From assembly GCF_028368995.1 (NCBI RefSeq), contig NZ_JAQNDL010000001.1, positions 1,568,001 through 1,632,000 of the forward strand: 64,000 bases of DNA, given 5' to 3'. Within the stretch, counting starts at the first letter, position 1, and the number at the start of each line of letters is the position of its first letter. The notes beneath the pieces were generated by a model, which searched no databases, had not been told where the DNA came from, and was given only the letters and a program-made list of their open reading frames with translations. A program made the position numbers and the translations under genes. This DNA is from Nannocystis bainbridge (GTDB lineage: Bacteria; Myxococcota_A; Polyangia; Nannocystales; Nannocystaceae). Positions 9,899 to 19,595 of the stretch are shown piece after piece.

Positions 9899-10246
9899 CT
9901 AGCCGCATCCCCACGCGATCTCGGCGCAGGTCAGCACGCGTCCGTCGCCCTCGGCCTCGCACACCCCGGCGTCCTCGCAGGCGGATGCGCCGTAGCTCGG
10001 ATCGGTCCCGGGCGGCACGCAGCCGCACGTCGCGTCCTCGTCGCACGCAGCAGGCAGCGGCACGCACGTCGAGCAGCGGTCCGAACCGCCGACGATGCAC
10101 AGCTGGGTGGCCGCATCGCAGTGACCGCCGTTGTCGCCGCAGGGGAACGAGCCGTCTTCCCCCGCGGTCACCGAATCCCCGCGGCCCTCCGGGCAGCCGA
10201 CCAGCAACAAACACACCAGCCCTCGCAAGCGAAGCTCGAACATCAT
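9899..10246 (-). CDS. Small Cys-rich lipoprotein
   Basis: LVGC lipobox, about 12 further Cys in about 95 aa, ends WGCG. Confidence 0.7.
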   Translation of the reverse strand: MMFELRLRGLVCLLLVGCPEGRGDSVTAGEDGSFPCGDNGGHCDAATQLCIVGGSDRCSTCVPLPAACDEDATCGCVPPGTDPSYGASACEDAGVCEAEGDGRVLTCAEIAWGCG

Positions 10247-10409
10247 GACAGCGACGATACCCACGAGCCCCCGCCGCGGCAATGCGCCGCCCCCGCGCCC
10301 CTGCCCGGGAGCCGAACCGGACCGGCGTTCGGTGCGGCCCGCCGACCCCGGAGACGCGGTCATGCCCTTTGTGCCACGCGGTAAAGACCCCTCACGCTCC
10401 CACGGCGCC

Positions 10410-10447
10410 GGACATGTCCCTGAGTACAGGACCCAAAGGACAGCCGG
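10410..10447. repeat. 14-bp-phased array (3 units, first perfect GGACATGTCC)
   Basis: Cores at 10413 (CATG), 10427 (CAGG), 10441 (CAGC). Confidence 0.65.
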
Positions 10448-10474
10448 TAACTCGCCAATTTAAAACAAGGGGAT

Positions 10475-11563
10475 TCACTGCCGGAGCGTGCGCAGGCAGT
10501 GCTGCAGCGCGTCGCGCAGCTTGGCGCGGACCACGACGCGGGACAGATCGACGCCGAGGTCGACGATCGTCTGGGCGATCGTCGGGTGGATGCCGGTGAG
10601 GATGCCCTGCGCGCCGAGCAGCGCGATCGCCTCGATCATCTTGATGAGGTGGCTGGCGGTGCCCGTGTCGACCACCTCGACGCCGGTGAGGTCGAGGATG
10701 GCGAAGCGGGCCCGCGTGCGCGTCACCGCCTGCAGCAGCCCGTCCATGATGTCGGCGGTGCGGGCCGTGTCGATGAGGCCGACGATCGGCATCGTCAGGA
10801 TCCCGTCCCACACCTCGATGATCGGCGTCGCCAGCTCGCGGATGACCGCCTGCTGGCGCTCGATGAGCTCGACCCGGCTGCGCGCGTCGAGCTCCGCCCG
10901 CTTCGTCTCGGTGATGTTGAGCGACACCCCGACCAGCCGCGCCCCGCTCGGGTTGTCCGCCACCGGGATGTAATGAGTGTCCCAGTAGAGCCCGTGCAGC
11001 TCGGCCGAGCGGGTGTGCGCCGGCTCGCCCGCGATCGCCCGCGCGATCAGCTCGCCGTTGCCCTGGGCCTTGTAGAGCTCGAAGATGTTCTTGCCGACCA
11101 GGAAATTGCGCGGCACCCCGGCCAGCTCGCTCGCCTTGCCGTCCTGGAACAGGAACTTACCGCGCTCGTCGACCGCCCACAGCGCGACCTCGAGGTTCTC
11201 CTTGATCGCCATCAGCATCGTCGAATCGAGCGCGGTCCGGGCCTGGGCCGCCTCGCGCGCGCTGACGTCGTGGCCGAACAGCCGCAGCCCGCCGCCGCGC
11301 AGCGCCTGCACCCACGCCTCGAGCGACCAGGCGGCGTCCGGCCGGCGGACCTGCCACACCTGGGGGCCCTCGCCGTCGCTCGCCAGCGTCGACCATTGCC
11401 CCTGGTCCAGCGGCAACACCTCGGCCAGCGGCCGGCCCACGGCGTCGTCCGCGGCTGTCCCGAAGACCAGCTCGGCCCGTCGGTTCCAGCCGGTCACCAC
11501 CAGCCCCGCGTCGACCTCGATCACCACCAGCGGCGCCCCATGCAGCTCGTTCCCTGCTTCCAC
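10475..11563 (-). CDS. PAS-PAS-STAS (RsbR-like) sensor protein
   Basis: WNRRAELVFG PAS, second PAS, then ELATPIIEVWDGIL.MPIVGLID...ILDLTGVEVVDT STAS; GTG start at 11563 inferred, ORF-track extension to 12007 is unlikely. Confidence 0.87.
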   Translation of the reverse strand: MEAGNELHGAPLVVIEVDAGLVVTGWNRRAELVFGTAADDAVGRPLAEVLPLDQGQWSTLASDGEGPQVWQVRRPDAAWSLEAWVQALRGGGLRLFGHDVSAREAAQARTALDSTMLMAIKENLEVALWAVDERGKFLFQDGKASELAGVPRNFLVGKNIFELYKAQGNGELIARAIAGEPAHTRSAELHGLYWDTHYIPVADNPSGARLVGVSLNITETKRAELDARSRVELIERQQAVIRELATPIIEVWDGILTMPIVGLIDTARTADIMDGLLQAVTRTRARFAILDLTGVEVVDTGTASHLIKMIEAIALLGAQGILTGIHPTIAQTIVDLGVDLSRVVVRAKLRDALQHCLRTLRQ

Positions 11564-11702
11564 CCGCGGTGGTGTATCCGAGACCGGCGCCGCCGTCTTC
11601 CTTCCCCATTCGCCAGCCTCGCGCCGCCACGCGGCCCAGGGCGCGCCCAGGGGCCACGCAGCCCCTGAAAAGCCGCCCTGCGCGTCTCGCAGGGCGCCGA
11701 TA

Positions 11703-12011
11703 CGTCCTGTCTCCAGGGACACCTCGCGCATCGGCCCACGACGGGGAACACCCCACAGCTGCGACCCAGACACCCGGCGGCCCCGCTTGTGTCTCCAGGG
11801 ACAGGCCCGATGTCGCGTCCTGGCCCCGATCTGCGACCTCGGGGCCGAAACAATCGGCCTGTCTCGCAGGACATGTCGCAACAGACAGCTGGTTCCGCCG
11901 CCGCCCGGCTCTCGACCTGCCTCGAAGGACATCATGACATGTCCCGAAGACCATGTAACGAGGCAGCCCGCGACCCGCACGCGATCACCGCCTGTCCCGA
12001 AGGCCATGTCC
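11703..12011. repeat. Cluster of 14-bp-spaced TGTC-N6-GACA/RRRCATGYYY units in a divergent intergenic region
   Basis: TGTCTCCAGGGACA twice (11708, 11790); phased cores 11858/11872/11886, 11916/11930, 11938/11952, 11991/12005. Confidence 0.75.
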
Positions 12012-12100
12012 CTCGCCTCGCTTGACCGCCTCCGCTCACGCCGCCCGCCCCGGCCCGCCTGTGACCGGCGCCCGCCGGTCTGCTAGCCTGCGCCCGCCGC

Positions 12101-14179
12101 ATGGACTGGACCGCCGAACAGACCGCGATCCTCGCCCACCCGCTCGACGCCCACGCGCTCGTGCACGCCGCGCCCGGCGCCGGCAAGACCACCACGCTCG
12201 TCGGGCGCGTCGCCCGCGTCGCCGCCCAGGTCGAGCCCGAGCGCATGCGCGTCGTCATGTTCAACAAAGCCATCCAGGAGACCTTCACGGCCCGCCTCGA
12301 AGCGGCCGGCGTCGTCGGCGTCAAGGTCACCACCTTCGACGCGCTCGGCCTCGAGGTGCTCGGCCGCGCCGACCGTCGCGGCCTGCTCACGCGCCCGCTC
12401 GAGGTCGCGGCCTTCGGCACGATCGAGTGGGCCCGCGCGGTCCACCGCCGGTTCGCCCGCAAGATCGAGTCGGCCGACGACATCGCCGCCGCCGTCGGCT
12501 TCTGGAAGGCCCACCTCGTCACCCCCAACCGCGCCGCCTGCGAGGCCGCGCCAGAGCTCGTCGAGGCTTACCAGGCGCTCGAGGACCTGCGCACCCGCGG
12601 CGGCCAGGCGCTGCAGGTCGATTTCCCCGACATGGTCTACACCGCGGTCGCGGTGCTGCGCCGCTACCCGCGGCTGCTCGGGCCGATCGATCACCTGCTG
12701 GTCGACGAGTTCCAGGACGTGAACCCGGCCCGCGTCGAGCTGCTGCGCCTGCTCATGCACGAGCGCACCACCCTCATGGCCGTGGGCGACGCCGATCAAG
12801 CCATTTATGAGTTCTCGGGCGCGCACCCGCGGTTCTTCCGCGAGTTCGCCAGCACCTTCCCGCACCGCCCGACTCGCACCTATCCGCTGGCACACAGCTT
12901 CCGCTTCGGCGAGACCATCGCCGCCGCCGCGCGGGCCCTCATCGGCCACAACGACGGCCGCTACCCGATCGAGGTCGTCGGCCGCGGCGCCCACCCGGGC
13001 CGGCTCGAGCGCACCGACGACATCCCCGGCACGATCGAGCGCCAGCTCGCCGCGGGCCACCCGGCGCCCGAGCTCGCGGTCCTCTACCGCGGCCGCGTCC
13101 AGGCCACCAGCGTGCTCGCCGAGCTGGCCGCGCGCCGGATCGGCATGGTCACCGACGACCTCGATTACGTCCGCAAGGGCCGCGGCCCCGAGCTCGCGCT
13201 GGCCTACCTCCGCTTCGCCACCAGCGACGCGCCGGTCGGCTTCGACGACGCCTGGCTGGTCGCCTTCGCCCCCGACCGCTACATCCGCAAGGAGGCGTTC
13301 GCCAGCCAGATCCTGCGGCTCGGCAGCAAGGGCCTGCGCGTGGTGCTCGGCAACAAGAAGGCCGCCCGCGAGGTCGACCAGCCGCACGGCGCGATCGAGA
13401 CCATGAGCGCGCTGTCGGACCTGCTCGCGCGCATGGGAAAGTGCCGGACCGCCGGCGCCGCGCTCGACCTGCTGGTCGCCGAGACCGACATCGCCGGCCA
13501 GCTCGCCGGTCGCAAGCGCACCGAGGCCGAGCTCGAGCACGCCGTCGCCGGCTTCGAGGCCGTGCGCACCCTGCTCAAGGGCCTGAAGGTCGCCCCGGCC
13601 GAGGCCACGCGGGCGCTCGCCGAGCTCGACCCGCGCGCCGGCAAGCCGCGCGAGCAGTGCGTGTGGGTGTCGACGATCCACAAGGCCAAGGGCAAGGAGT
13701 GGCGCACCGTCCTGCTGCCGCGCCTGACCGAGGGCCTGTGCCCGGCCGACCGGCAGGACCAGGCCCTCGGCACCGTCGAATCGCCCGCCGGCGTCGACCA
13801 GAGCGACCCGCTCGAGCAGGAGCGGCGGATCTTCTACGTCGGCCTGACGCGCGCCAGCGAATGCGTGTACCTCGAGGTCACGCCGCAGGCCCCGAGCCGG
13901 TTCGTCGCCGAGCTCGGGCTCGCCAAGCCCGCGCTCGTCGCCCCGGCGAGCCGGCCCCGCGTGCGCAAGCCGGCCGCCGCCGCCACCAACACCCGCGCGT
14001 GGAAGCCGATCGAGGACGCCAAGCTGACGGCCACGCGTGACGCCGGCGAGGACCTCGACGAGCTCGCCGAGCAGCTCGGGCGCGGCCGCGAGGCCCTCGA
14101 CGCCCGGCTCGAGATCCTCGACGCCATCCGCCAGCGGACCGAGGCGAGGCGGCGCCGCTTCGAGGAGGAGGAGGAGTGA
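12101..14179 (+). CDS. UvrD/Rep-family ATP-dependent DNA helicase with C-terminal small HTH
   Basis: APGAGKT, VDEFQD, VGDADQAIY, STIHKAKGKEW, ERRIFYVGLTRA. Confidence 0.93.
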   Translation: MDWTAEQTAILAHPLDAHALVHAAPGAGKTTTLVGRVARVAAQVEPERMRVVMFNKAIQETFTARLEAAGVVGVKVTTFDALGLEVLGRADRRGLLTRPLEVAAFGTIEWARAVHRRFARKIESADDIAAAVGFWKAHLVTPNRAACEAAPELVEAYQALEDLRTRGGQALQVDFPDMVYTAVAVLRRYPRLLGPIDHLLVDEFQDVNPARVELLRLLMHERTTLMAVGDADQAIYEFSGAHPRFFREFASTFPHRPTRTYPLAHSFRFGETIAAAARALIGHNDGRYPIEVVGRGAHPGRLERTDDIPGTIERQLAAGHPAPELAVLYRGRVQATSVLAELAARRIGMVTDDLDYVRKGRGPELALAYLRFATSDAPVGFDDAWLVAFAPDRYIRKEAFASQILRLGSKGLRVVLGNKKAAREVDQPHGAIETMSALSDLLARMGKCRTAGAALDLLVAETDIAGQLAGRKRTEAELEHAVAGFEAVRTLLKGLKVAPAEATRALAELDPRAGKPREQCVWVSTIHKAKGKEWRTVLLPRLTEGLCPADRQDQALGTVESPAGVDQSDPLEQERRIFYVGLTRASECVYLEVTPQAPSRFVAELGLAKPALVAPASRPRVRKPAAAATNTRAWKPIEDAKLTATRDAGEDLDELAEQLGRGREALDARLEILDAIRQRTEARRRRFEEEEE

Positions 14180-14567
14180 TCCTCGCGCCCCGGGCCGAGC
14201 GCCTCGCCCGCTCGCAGCGACCCACGACCGCGAGTGACACCTGCTGCCACGCGCCGCCCTTCGCCACGCGCACCCGGACGCGGGTCGCCGGCGCGGCCGC
14301 GATCGTCGCTTTCGAGTCGCTGCATTTCGCAGTCACGCCGCCCAGCGTGTAGCTGCCCGGCGCCGCCCTCGGCGACCCGCGGATCACCGCACAAAGGCGC
14401 AGGACCGACCGCCACACCCGCCGCAGGACGGGCTGGCCGGCCGGGGGCGCTGTCGGCCGTTGCCAGGGTGATGGCCGGATGTCACAATACTGCGATCGTC
14501 GTTCGGCGCGGCCCTTCGCGGCGCGCGGCGGTCATCGAATGGCTATTGTCTTGAAGGAGGTGGTGCG

Positions 14568-14903
14568 ATGGCGAAGAAGAAAGATTGTGAATGTCCCGCT
14601 CCGTCGGAGCTGCGCGTCTTCCGGCTCGGCGCCGAGATGGGAGATCACCTGAACTACGTGGTGCCGGCGGGAAAGGTGCTGATCATCAATGCGTGGATGA
14701 CCGGTATCATGAATTCGACCCTCGGCTACAAGATCCTGCGCAACAGCGAGGTCGTGGCGGAGCGTTCGCAGTACACGTCGTCGCAGGAGTCGGTCGCGCA
14801 GGTGTTCCCCACCGGGATCGCGTTCTTCGCGGGGGATACGTTCACCCTCGAGTCGTACTCCAGCAAGCCGACGTTCGCGTACGGGTACGAGCGCGACGCA
14901 TGA
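14568..14903 (+). CDS. Small hypothetical beta-rich protein
   Basis: Strong AAGGAGGT RBS, protein-like composition (YVVPAGKVLII motif). Confidence 0.75.
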   Translation: MAKKKDCECPAPSELRVFRLGAEMGDHLNYVVPAGKVLIINAWMTGIMNSTLGYKILRNSEVVAERSQYTSSQESVAQVFPTGIAFFAGDTFTLESYSSKPTFAYGYERDA

Positions 14904-15750
14904 GGCGGCGATTCATCACAGTACGTGGCGGATGAACGCGAACGCGTCGAGCCGGGCCCGTGCTTGCGGGCCCGCGCTGCTCCGGCCGTCGTGGCTGGTC
15001 GAGGAGCCGTCGCCACGAGCGTCTCCTCGCCACGGCGGAGCTTCGGCGGCGGTGAACGGAGAGTCGCTCGCGCCGAGCCCCGGCTGCGACCCAGGCTCCC
15101 CGCCGAGTGTCCGGGCTCCGCTGGCAGGACAGCGGTCGGGCTACGAACCGGCTGTCGTCGCCGGCCGCCCACGCCCGAGGGCGCTCCCGGCGACTCCGCA
15201 CTGCCACGAACATCCCGCTCGCCCCGGCCGCGACGACCCGCGGCGCGCGGATGAATCGTCTCCGCCCGGGAAATACCCCGAGCGCCGGCATTGGTGAGTC
15301 CCTCGCGTCGCCGTCGGAGAGGGCCGGCGGCCTCGACCATACGCGCAGGAGCGCCGACGTCCGCGCCCAGGCCGACCCTCGCGTAAACCCTCGCGCGACC
15401 CGGCGCTCTCGCGTGAAGGATGCCGGGTCGCGGGATTGTCAAGGGTGAAAAAATATCGAGACCGAAGTTCACGAATCACACAACTACGGTCGCGGCCGCA
15501 CACCGCCGGGTCTGCAGACGAGCGGGATTTTGCGGGCCACACCGCAGCATTGGCGGGACCCCGCCGGGGCCCGCTGCTGGCCCGCCACGCCACGTTCGAG
15601 CGCAAACGACCCGAGGGGGCTACGAACCCCGATATCTTCAATGGAAGGACCGCGACGTTTTTGTCGCGGTGATCGGTGTCACCGGTGCGTGCGATTGTTG
15701 CGGACCGTGCAGCGCCGGCCATCGTAACATCCCCGCGGACGCATTCCCTC

Positions 15751-17946
15751 ATGCAAAAATACCATCTTGACCGTAACATCTCATTGCTCCTCGCCAACGT
15801 GCTCGTGATGACGCTGTCGGGATGCAACAATCCCTCGCAGAACGGCACCGACACCGACACCTCGACGGGGACCGAGACGGACGGCACGGACACCGACGCC
15901 ACCGACACCAATTCGACGCCGTCGACCCAGACCGACACGCTGCCGACGAGCACCGAGCCGACGACCACCGAGACGGTCACGACCACCCCGACGAGCACCG
16001 AGCCGACGACCGGGCCGTCGACCGACACCGACACCACCGACACCGACACCACCGACACCGACACCACCGGTGAGCCGGCGATCGAGGTCGTGCGGGTGTG
16101 GGCCACCGCCAACCCGCCGCTGCTCGAGCAGGACCGCATCGTCGCCCTGACGCCGGCGCTCGACGCCGCCACCGCGACCCTCACCGTCGCCGGCGACGTC
16201 GTCAGCATCCAGAGCGTCGCGGTCACCCAGCAGGGCCACGCGATCATCAGCTACGACGCCCCGGGCGCGACCGGCGGCGTCATCATCAAGACCGACCTCG
16301 CCGACAGCCCCGTCGACGGCCCGCTCGGCCTCGGCGACCGCGTCATCCGCGGCCCGGCGACCGGGCTGCAGACCCCGAAGGGCGTCGAGGTCGGTCCCAA
16401 CGCCACCTTCCTGGTCGCCGACACCACCGCCGCCTCGATCAAGATCTTCGAGTTCGCCGCTGACGGCGACATCGCCCCGATCGTCGAGATCACCGACCTC
16501 GGCAGCTCCGAGGCCATCTGGGACGTGCACTACATCGGCGGCAACACCGACACGCTGTACGCCGCCGGCACCAACGGCGAGGTCCAGGTCTACGAGGACT
16601 TCACCAACGCGATGGGCCAGGCCGGACCGGACCGCACGATCGTGCCGGTCGAGGGCGGCAACAAGGTCTCCGTCAACCTGCACGGCATCACCGTCGTCGG
16701 CAACAACCTGTTCCTCAGCGACGTCGGCGACCCGATGGAGGCGACCGACGGCCAGCTGTTCCGCATCGAGGACCCGGCCAACGCCGAGGGCGACGTCGAG
16801 GTGACGCAGCGCATCCAGGGCGGCGACCTCGGCAACCCGGTCGACCTCGAGGTCGGCGGCAATCCGAGCACCCTGTGGGTGGTCGAGAAGTCCAACGACA
16901 AGCTGCTGCGCTACCGGCCGCCGCTCCTCGGTCAGGACTTCGAGCTCGTCGACAGCATCGAGGTCATCAAGCCCGAGTCGGTCGCGCTGGCCACCAACAA
17001 CCGCCTGATCCTCACCCGCAACCCGACCGGCCTCGACGGCGACGGCGTGCTCGAGGTCGAGGTCCCGCTCATCGGCGCCCCGGCGATCACCGCCACCATC
17101 GACCGCCTCGGCTCGATCACCTCGATCCAGAGCCTGGCCCTCCACAGCGGCGGCGACGGCTTCGTCGGCTTCGACGGCACCCCGGCCTCCGACGGCGCCG
17201 GCGTGTTCTCGGCCCCGGCCCTCGCGCAGGCTGAGGACGGCGCCACGGTCGACGCCATCGCCACGCGGATCTGGGGCTCTGCCACCGGCCTCGTCGCGCC
17301 CAAGGGCATGACGCTGAACGCCGCGGGCGACCGCCTGTTCGTCGCCGACCTCGGTGACTCGACCATCAAGGTGTTCGACGCCGCCACCTTCGGCGACGCC
17401 GAGCCGCTGTTCCAGTTCGCCGAGCTCGGCGGCGGCGCGGTGTGGGACATCGACTACGACGACGAGAACGACCGCCTGTTCGCCGCCGGCGTCGACGGCA
17501 CCGTGCGGGTGTTCGACGCCGCCCTGACCGACGAGGGCACCAACGGCCCCGCGCGCACCTTCACGCCGGCCGACGACCAGGAGCAGGTCATCGGCGTCAA
17601 CCTCCACGGCATCCAGTACGACCCGATCAGCAAGACCTTGATCCTCACCGATGTCGGTGACGCGATGTCCGACACCGACGGCGCCATCTTCCTGATCGCC
17701 GACGCCGACACCGCCGAGGGCAACGTCGTCGTCGCCGCCAGCATCTCGGGCGACCAGACCCACCTCGGCAACCCGGTCGACCTCGCCTTCGACGGCACGC
17801 ACCTCTACGTGGCCGAGAAGGCCCAGTCGCGGGTGCTCCGCTACAGCGACATCCTCGGCTTCACCGGCGCCAACAACGTCGAAGAGGACGCGTTCATCGA
17901 GGTGACCAACGCCGAGTCGGTCCGCCTCGAGTTCGGCACGCCCTGA
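15751..17946 (+). CDS. Large lipoprotein with Thr/Asp stalk and two tandem homologous beta-propeller-like domains
   Basis: LSGC lipobox; duplicated blocks SIQS..ATGL..PKG..WD..VNLHGI..DVGD..TDG..AEG.V..LGNPVDL..EK..LRY..ESV. Confidence 0.85.
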   Translation: MQKYHLDRNISLLLANVLVMTLSGCNNPSQNGTDTDTSTGTETDGTDTDATDTNSTPSTQTDTLPTSTEPTTTETVTTTPTSTEPTTGPSTDTDTTDTDTTDTDTTGEPAIEVVRVWATANPPLLEQDRIVALTPALDAATATLTVAGDVVSIQSVAVTQQGHAIISYDAPGATGGVIIKTDLADSPVDGPLGLGDRVIRGPATGLQTPKGVEVGPNATFLVADTTAASIKIFEFAADGDIAPIVEITDLGSSEAIWDVHYIGGNTDTLYAAGTNGEVQVYEDFTNAMGQAGPDRTIVPVEGGNKVSVNLHGITVVGNNLFLSDVGDPMEATDGQLFRIEDPANAEGDVEVTQRIQGGDLGNPVDLEVGGNPSTLWVVEKSNDKLLRYRPPLLGQDFELVDSIEVIKPESVALATNNRLILTRNPTGLDGDGVLEVEVPLIGAPAITATIDRLGSITSIQSLALHSGGDGFVGFDGTPASDGAGVFSAPALAQAEDGATVDAIATRIWGSATGLVAPKGMTLNAAGDRLFVADLGDSTIKVFDAATFGDAEPLFQFAELGGGAVWDIDYDDENDRLFAAGVDGTVRVFDAALTDEGTNGPARTFTPADDQEQVIGVNLHGIQYDPISKTLILTDVGDAMSDTDGAIFLIADADTAEGNVVVAASISGDQTHLGNPVDLAFDGTHLYVAEKAQSRVLRYSDILGFTGANNVEEDAFIEVTNAESVRLEFGTP

Positions 17947-17987
17947 ACCATCCCCGCTGACCCGCGGCGCCAGCCCGCCGCGGGCCG

Positions 17988-18025
17988 AAGCGCCGACCCG
18001 CGGCTGTCCGCGCGTCGGCGCTTTT
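17988..18025 (+). terminator. Intrinsic terminator-like hairpin between convergent genes
   Basis: AAGCGCCGAC-CCGCGG / CCGCGC-GTCGGCGCTT stem ending in a short T run. Confidence 0.65.
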
Positions 18026-18042
18026 CATGTGCGCCAATCACC

Positions 18043-19113
18043 TCACTGCGGCCGCTTGCGCCACACCTGCGGTGAATGGCCGGTCCAGCGCTTGAATGCG
18101 CGGTGGAACGCGCTCGGCTCGGAGAACCCCAGCAGATAGGCGACCTCGGAGATCGCCAGGCGGCGGTCGCCGAGGTAGCCGAGGGCCAGCTCGCAGCGCA
18201 GCTCGGCCAGCTGATCGCGGAAGCTGGTGCCCTCGGCCTGCAGCTGGCGGTTCAGCGTGCGCACCCCGATCGCCAGGCGGCGGGCGACCTGCTCGCAGGT
18301 CGGCACCCCGCCGCGCAGCTCCTGGCTCAGCGCCTGGCGCACCTGCGCCGTCAGGCCGGTGGCCGCGCGCTGGCGGGCCAGCACCTCGCTGGCGGCCCGC
18401 TCGAGCACGACCCGCAGGCGGGCGTCGGCGCCCGGCTGGCGCAGCTCGAGCGTCGCCCGCGTGAATCGCAGCACCGTCGCGTCGGCGCCGAAGCGCAGCG
18501 GGCAGGCGAACACGCGCCGGTACTCGCTCACGTGGGCCGGCTCGGGGTAGCCCAGGCGCATCTCGCTCGGGGCGAACCGCACCTGCGTGGTGACGCGAAA
18601 GCGCGTGAGCATGCAGGCGAGCGTGAACTCGATGGAGTACGGCGCGGCCGGCCCGAAGCTCGGCGGCAATTCGAGGCGCAGGCGGCCCTCGTCGGCGTCA
18701 GCCTCGAATTGCAGGCGAAAGTCGGCGCGCACGATGCGGAAGTAGCGGGCCAGCGCCGCGAGCCCCTCGCCGAGGGTCGGCGCCGCCCCGGCCACGTAGT
18801 CGACGACGTCGAAGTGCCCGAACGGGATGGCCTCGGCGGCGTGCAGCGCCAGCGCCGGGTCGCCGCTGCGCTGCAGCGCCTCGCGCCACAGCGTCGCGCG
18901 CACGGCCGGCCCCAGCCGCAGGTCGGCGTCGTCGGCCGCGCGCCGGTCGATGCCCACGTCGGCCAGCAATGCCTCGACGTCGACCCCGGCCAGCGCCGCG
19001 CCGACCAGCGGCGGACACACGGCGATGTTGAGCGGCACCTCGAAGGTCGGCGCCAGGGCGCGCAGGGCCGCCGGTTTGTCGGGAAGGGTCAATTCTTTGA
19101 CGCCGACGGTCAT
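18043..19113 (-). CDS. AraC-family transcriptional regulator
   Basis: C-terminal RTLNRQL..EGTSF...ISEVAYLLGFSEPSAFHRAFKRWTG. Confidence 0.93.
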   Translation of the reverse strand: MTVGVKELTLPDKPAALRALAPTFEVPLNIAVCPPLVGAALAGVDVEALLADVGIDRRAADDADLRLGPAVRATLWREALQRSGDPALALHAAEAIPFGHFDVVDYVAGAAPTLGEGLAALARYFRIVRADFRLQFEADADEGRLRLELPPSFGPAAPYSIEFTLACMLTRFRVTTQVRFAPSEMRLGYPEPAHVSEYRRVFACPLRFGADATVLRFTRATLELRQPGADARLRVVLERAASEVLARQRAATGLTAQVRQALSQELRGGVPTCEQVARRLAIGVRTLNRQLQAEGTSFRDQLAELRCELALGYLGDRRLAISEVAYLLGFSEPSAFHRAFKRWTGHSPQVWRKRPQ

Positions 19114-19147
19114 CGAACGCTGGGCCGCGCCCGCCTACCGTAACAGC

Positions 19148-19579
19148 ATGTCCAGGACCCATCCAGCCGAGCACCGGCCGCCCCGAGGCGCGCGCGCGTT
19201 CACCCTGGCGTTATCGCTCGCGGCCGCGGCTTGCAGCGTCGCCGACGCCCGCCCGCAGCCCGAGCCGGCCCCCGTGGCCCCGCAGCCCGTCGCGCCCCGC
19301 GAAAACCCGCTCGTCGGCCCCGAGTTCGTCAAGGGCCAGCAGACGCTCGCCGGTCGGATCGAGGAGCGGCTGGTCGCCGGCTCCTACGTCTATCTGGCGA
19401 TCCGCGGCCAGGACGGCGCCACGCAGTGGGCCGCCGTCCTCGGCGCCGCGCCGGCCGTCGGCAGCGACGTCGCGCTCGTCAGCGTCGGCCGCCGCAGCGA
19501 TTTCCATTCACCCCGGCTGCAGCGCGATTTCCCCGTCCTCCACTTCGCGGTCGTCCCCGAACCTCCCGCCTCGCATTGA
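19148..19579 (+). CDS. Putative lipoprotein, OB-fold-like
   Basis: AAAC lipobox; GRIEE..AGSYVYL..WAAV..VG..V...F.S..L.R.F pattern. Confidence 0.65.
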   Translation: MSRTHPAEHRPPRGARAFTLALSLAAAACSVADARPQPEPAPVAPQPVAPRENPLVGPEFVKGQQTLAGRIEERLVAGSYVYLAIRGQDGATQWAAVLGAAPAVGSDVALVSVGRRSDFHSPRLQRDFPVLHFAVVPEPPASH

Positions 19580-19595
19580 AATCAGGAGCCTCCTC

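Noticed and set aside
15841-16070. ACCGACACC-type short tandem repeats (also the SN/SE runs at about 39050-39200)
   Set aside because: Explained by low-complexity Thr/Asp/Ser protein linkers, not an independent DNA element.
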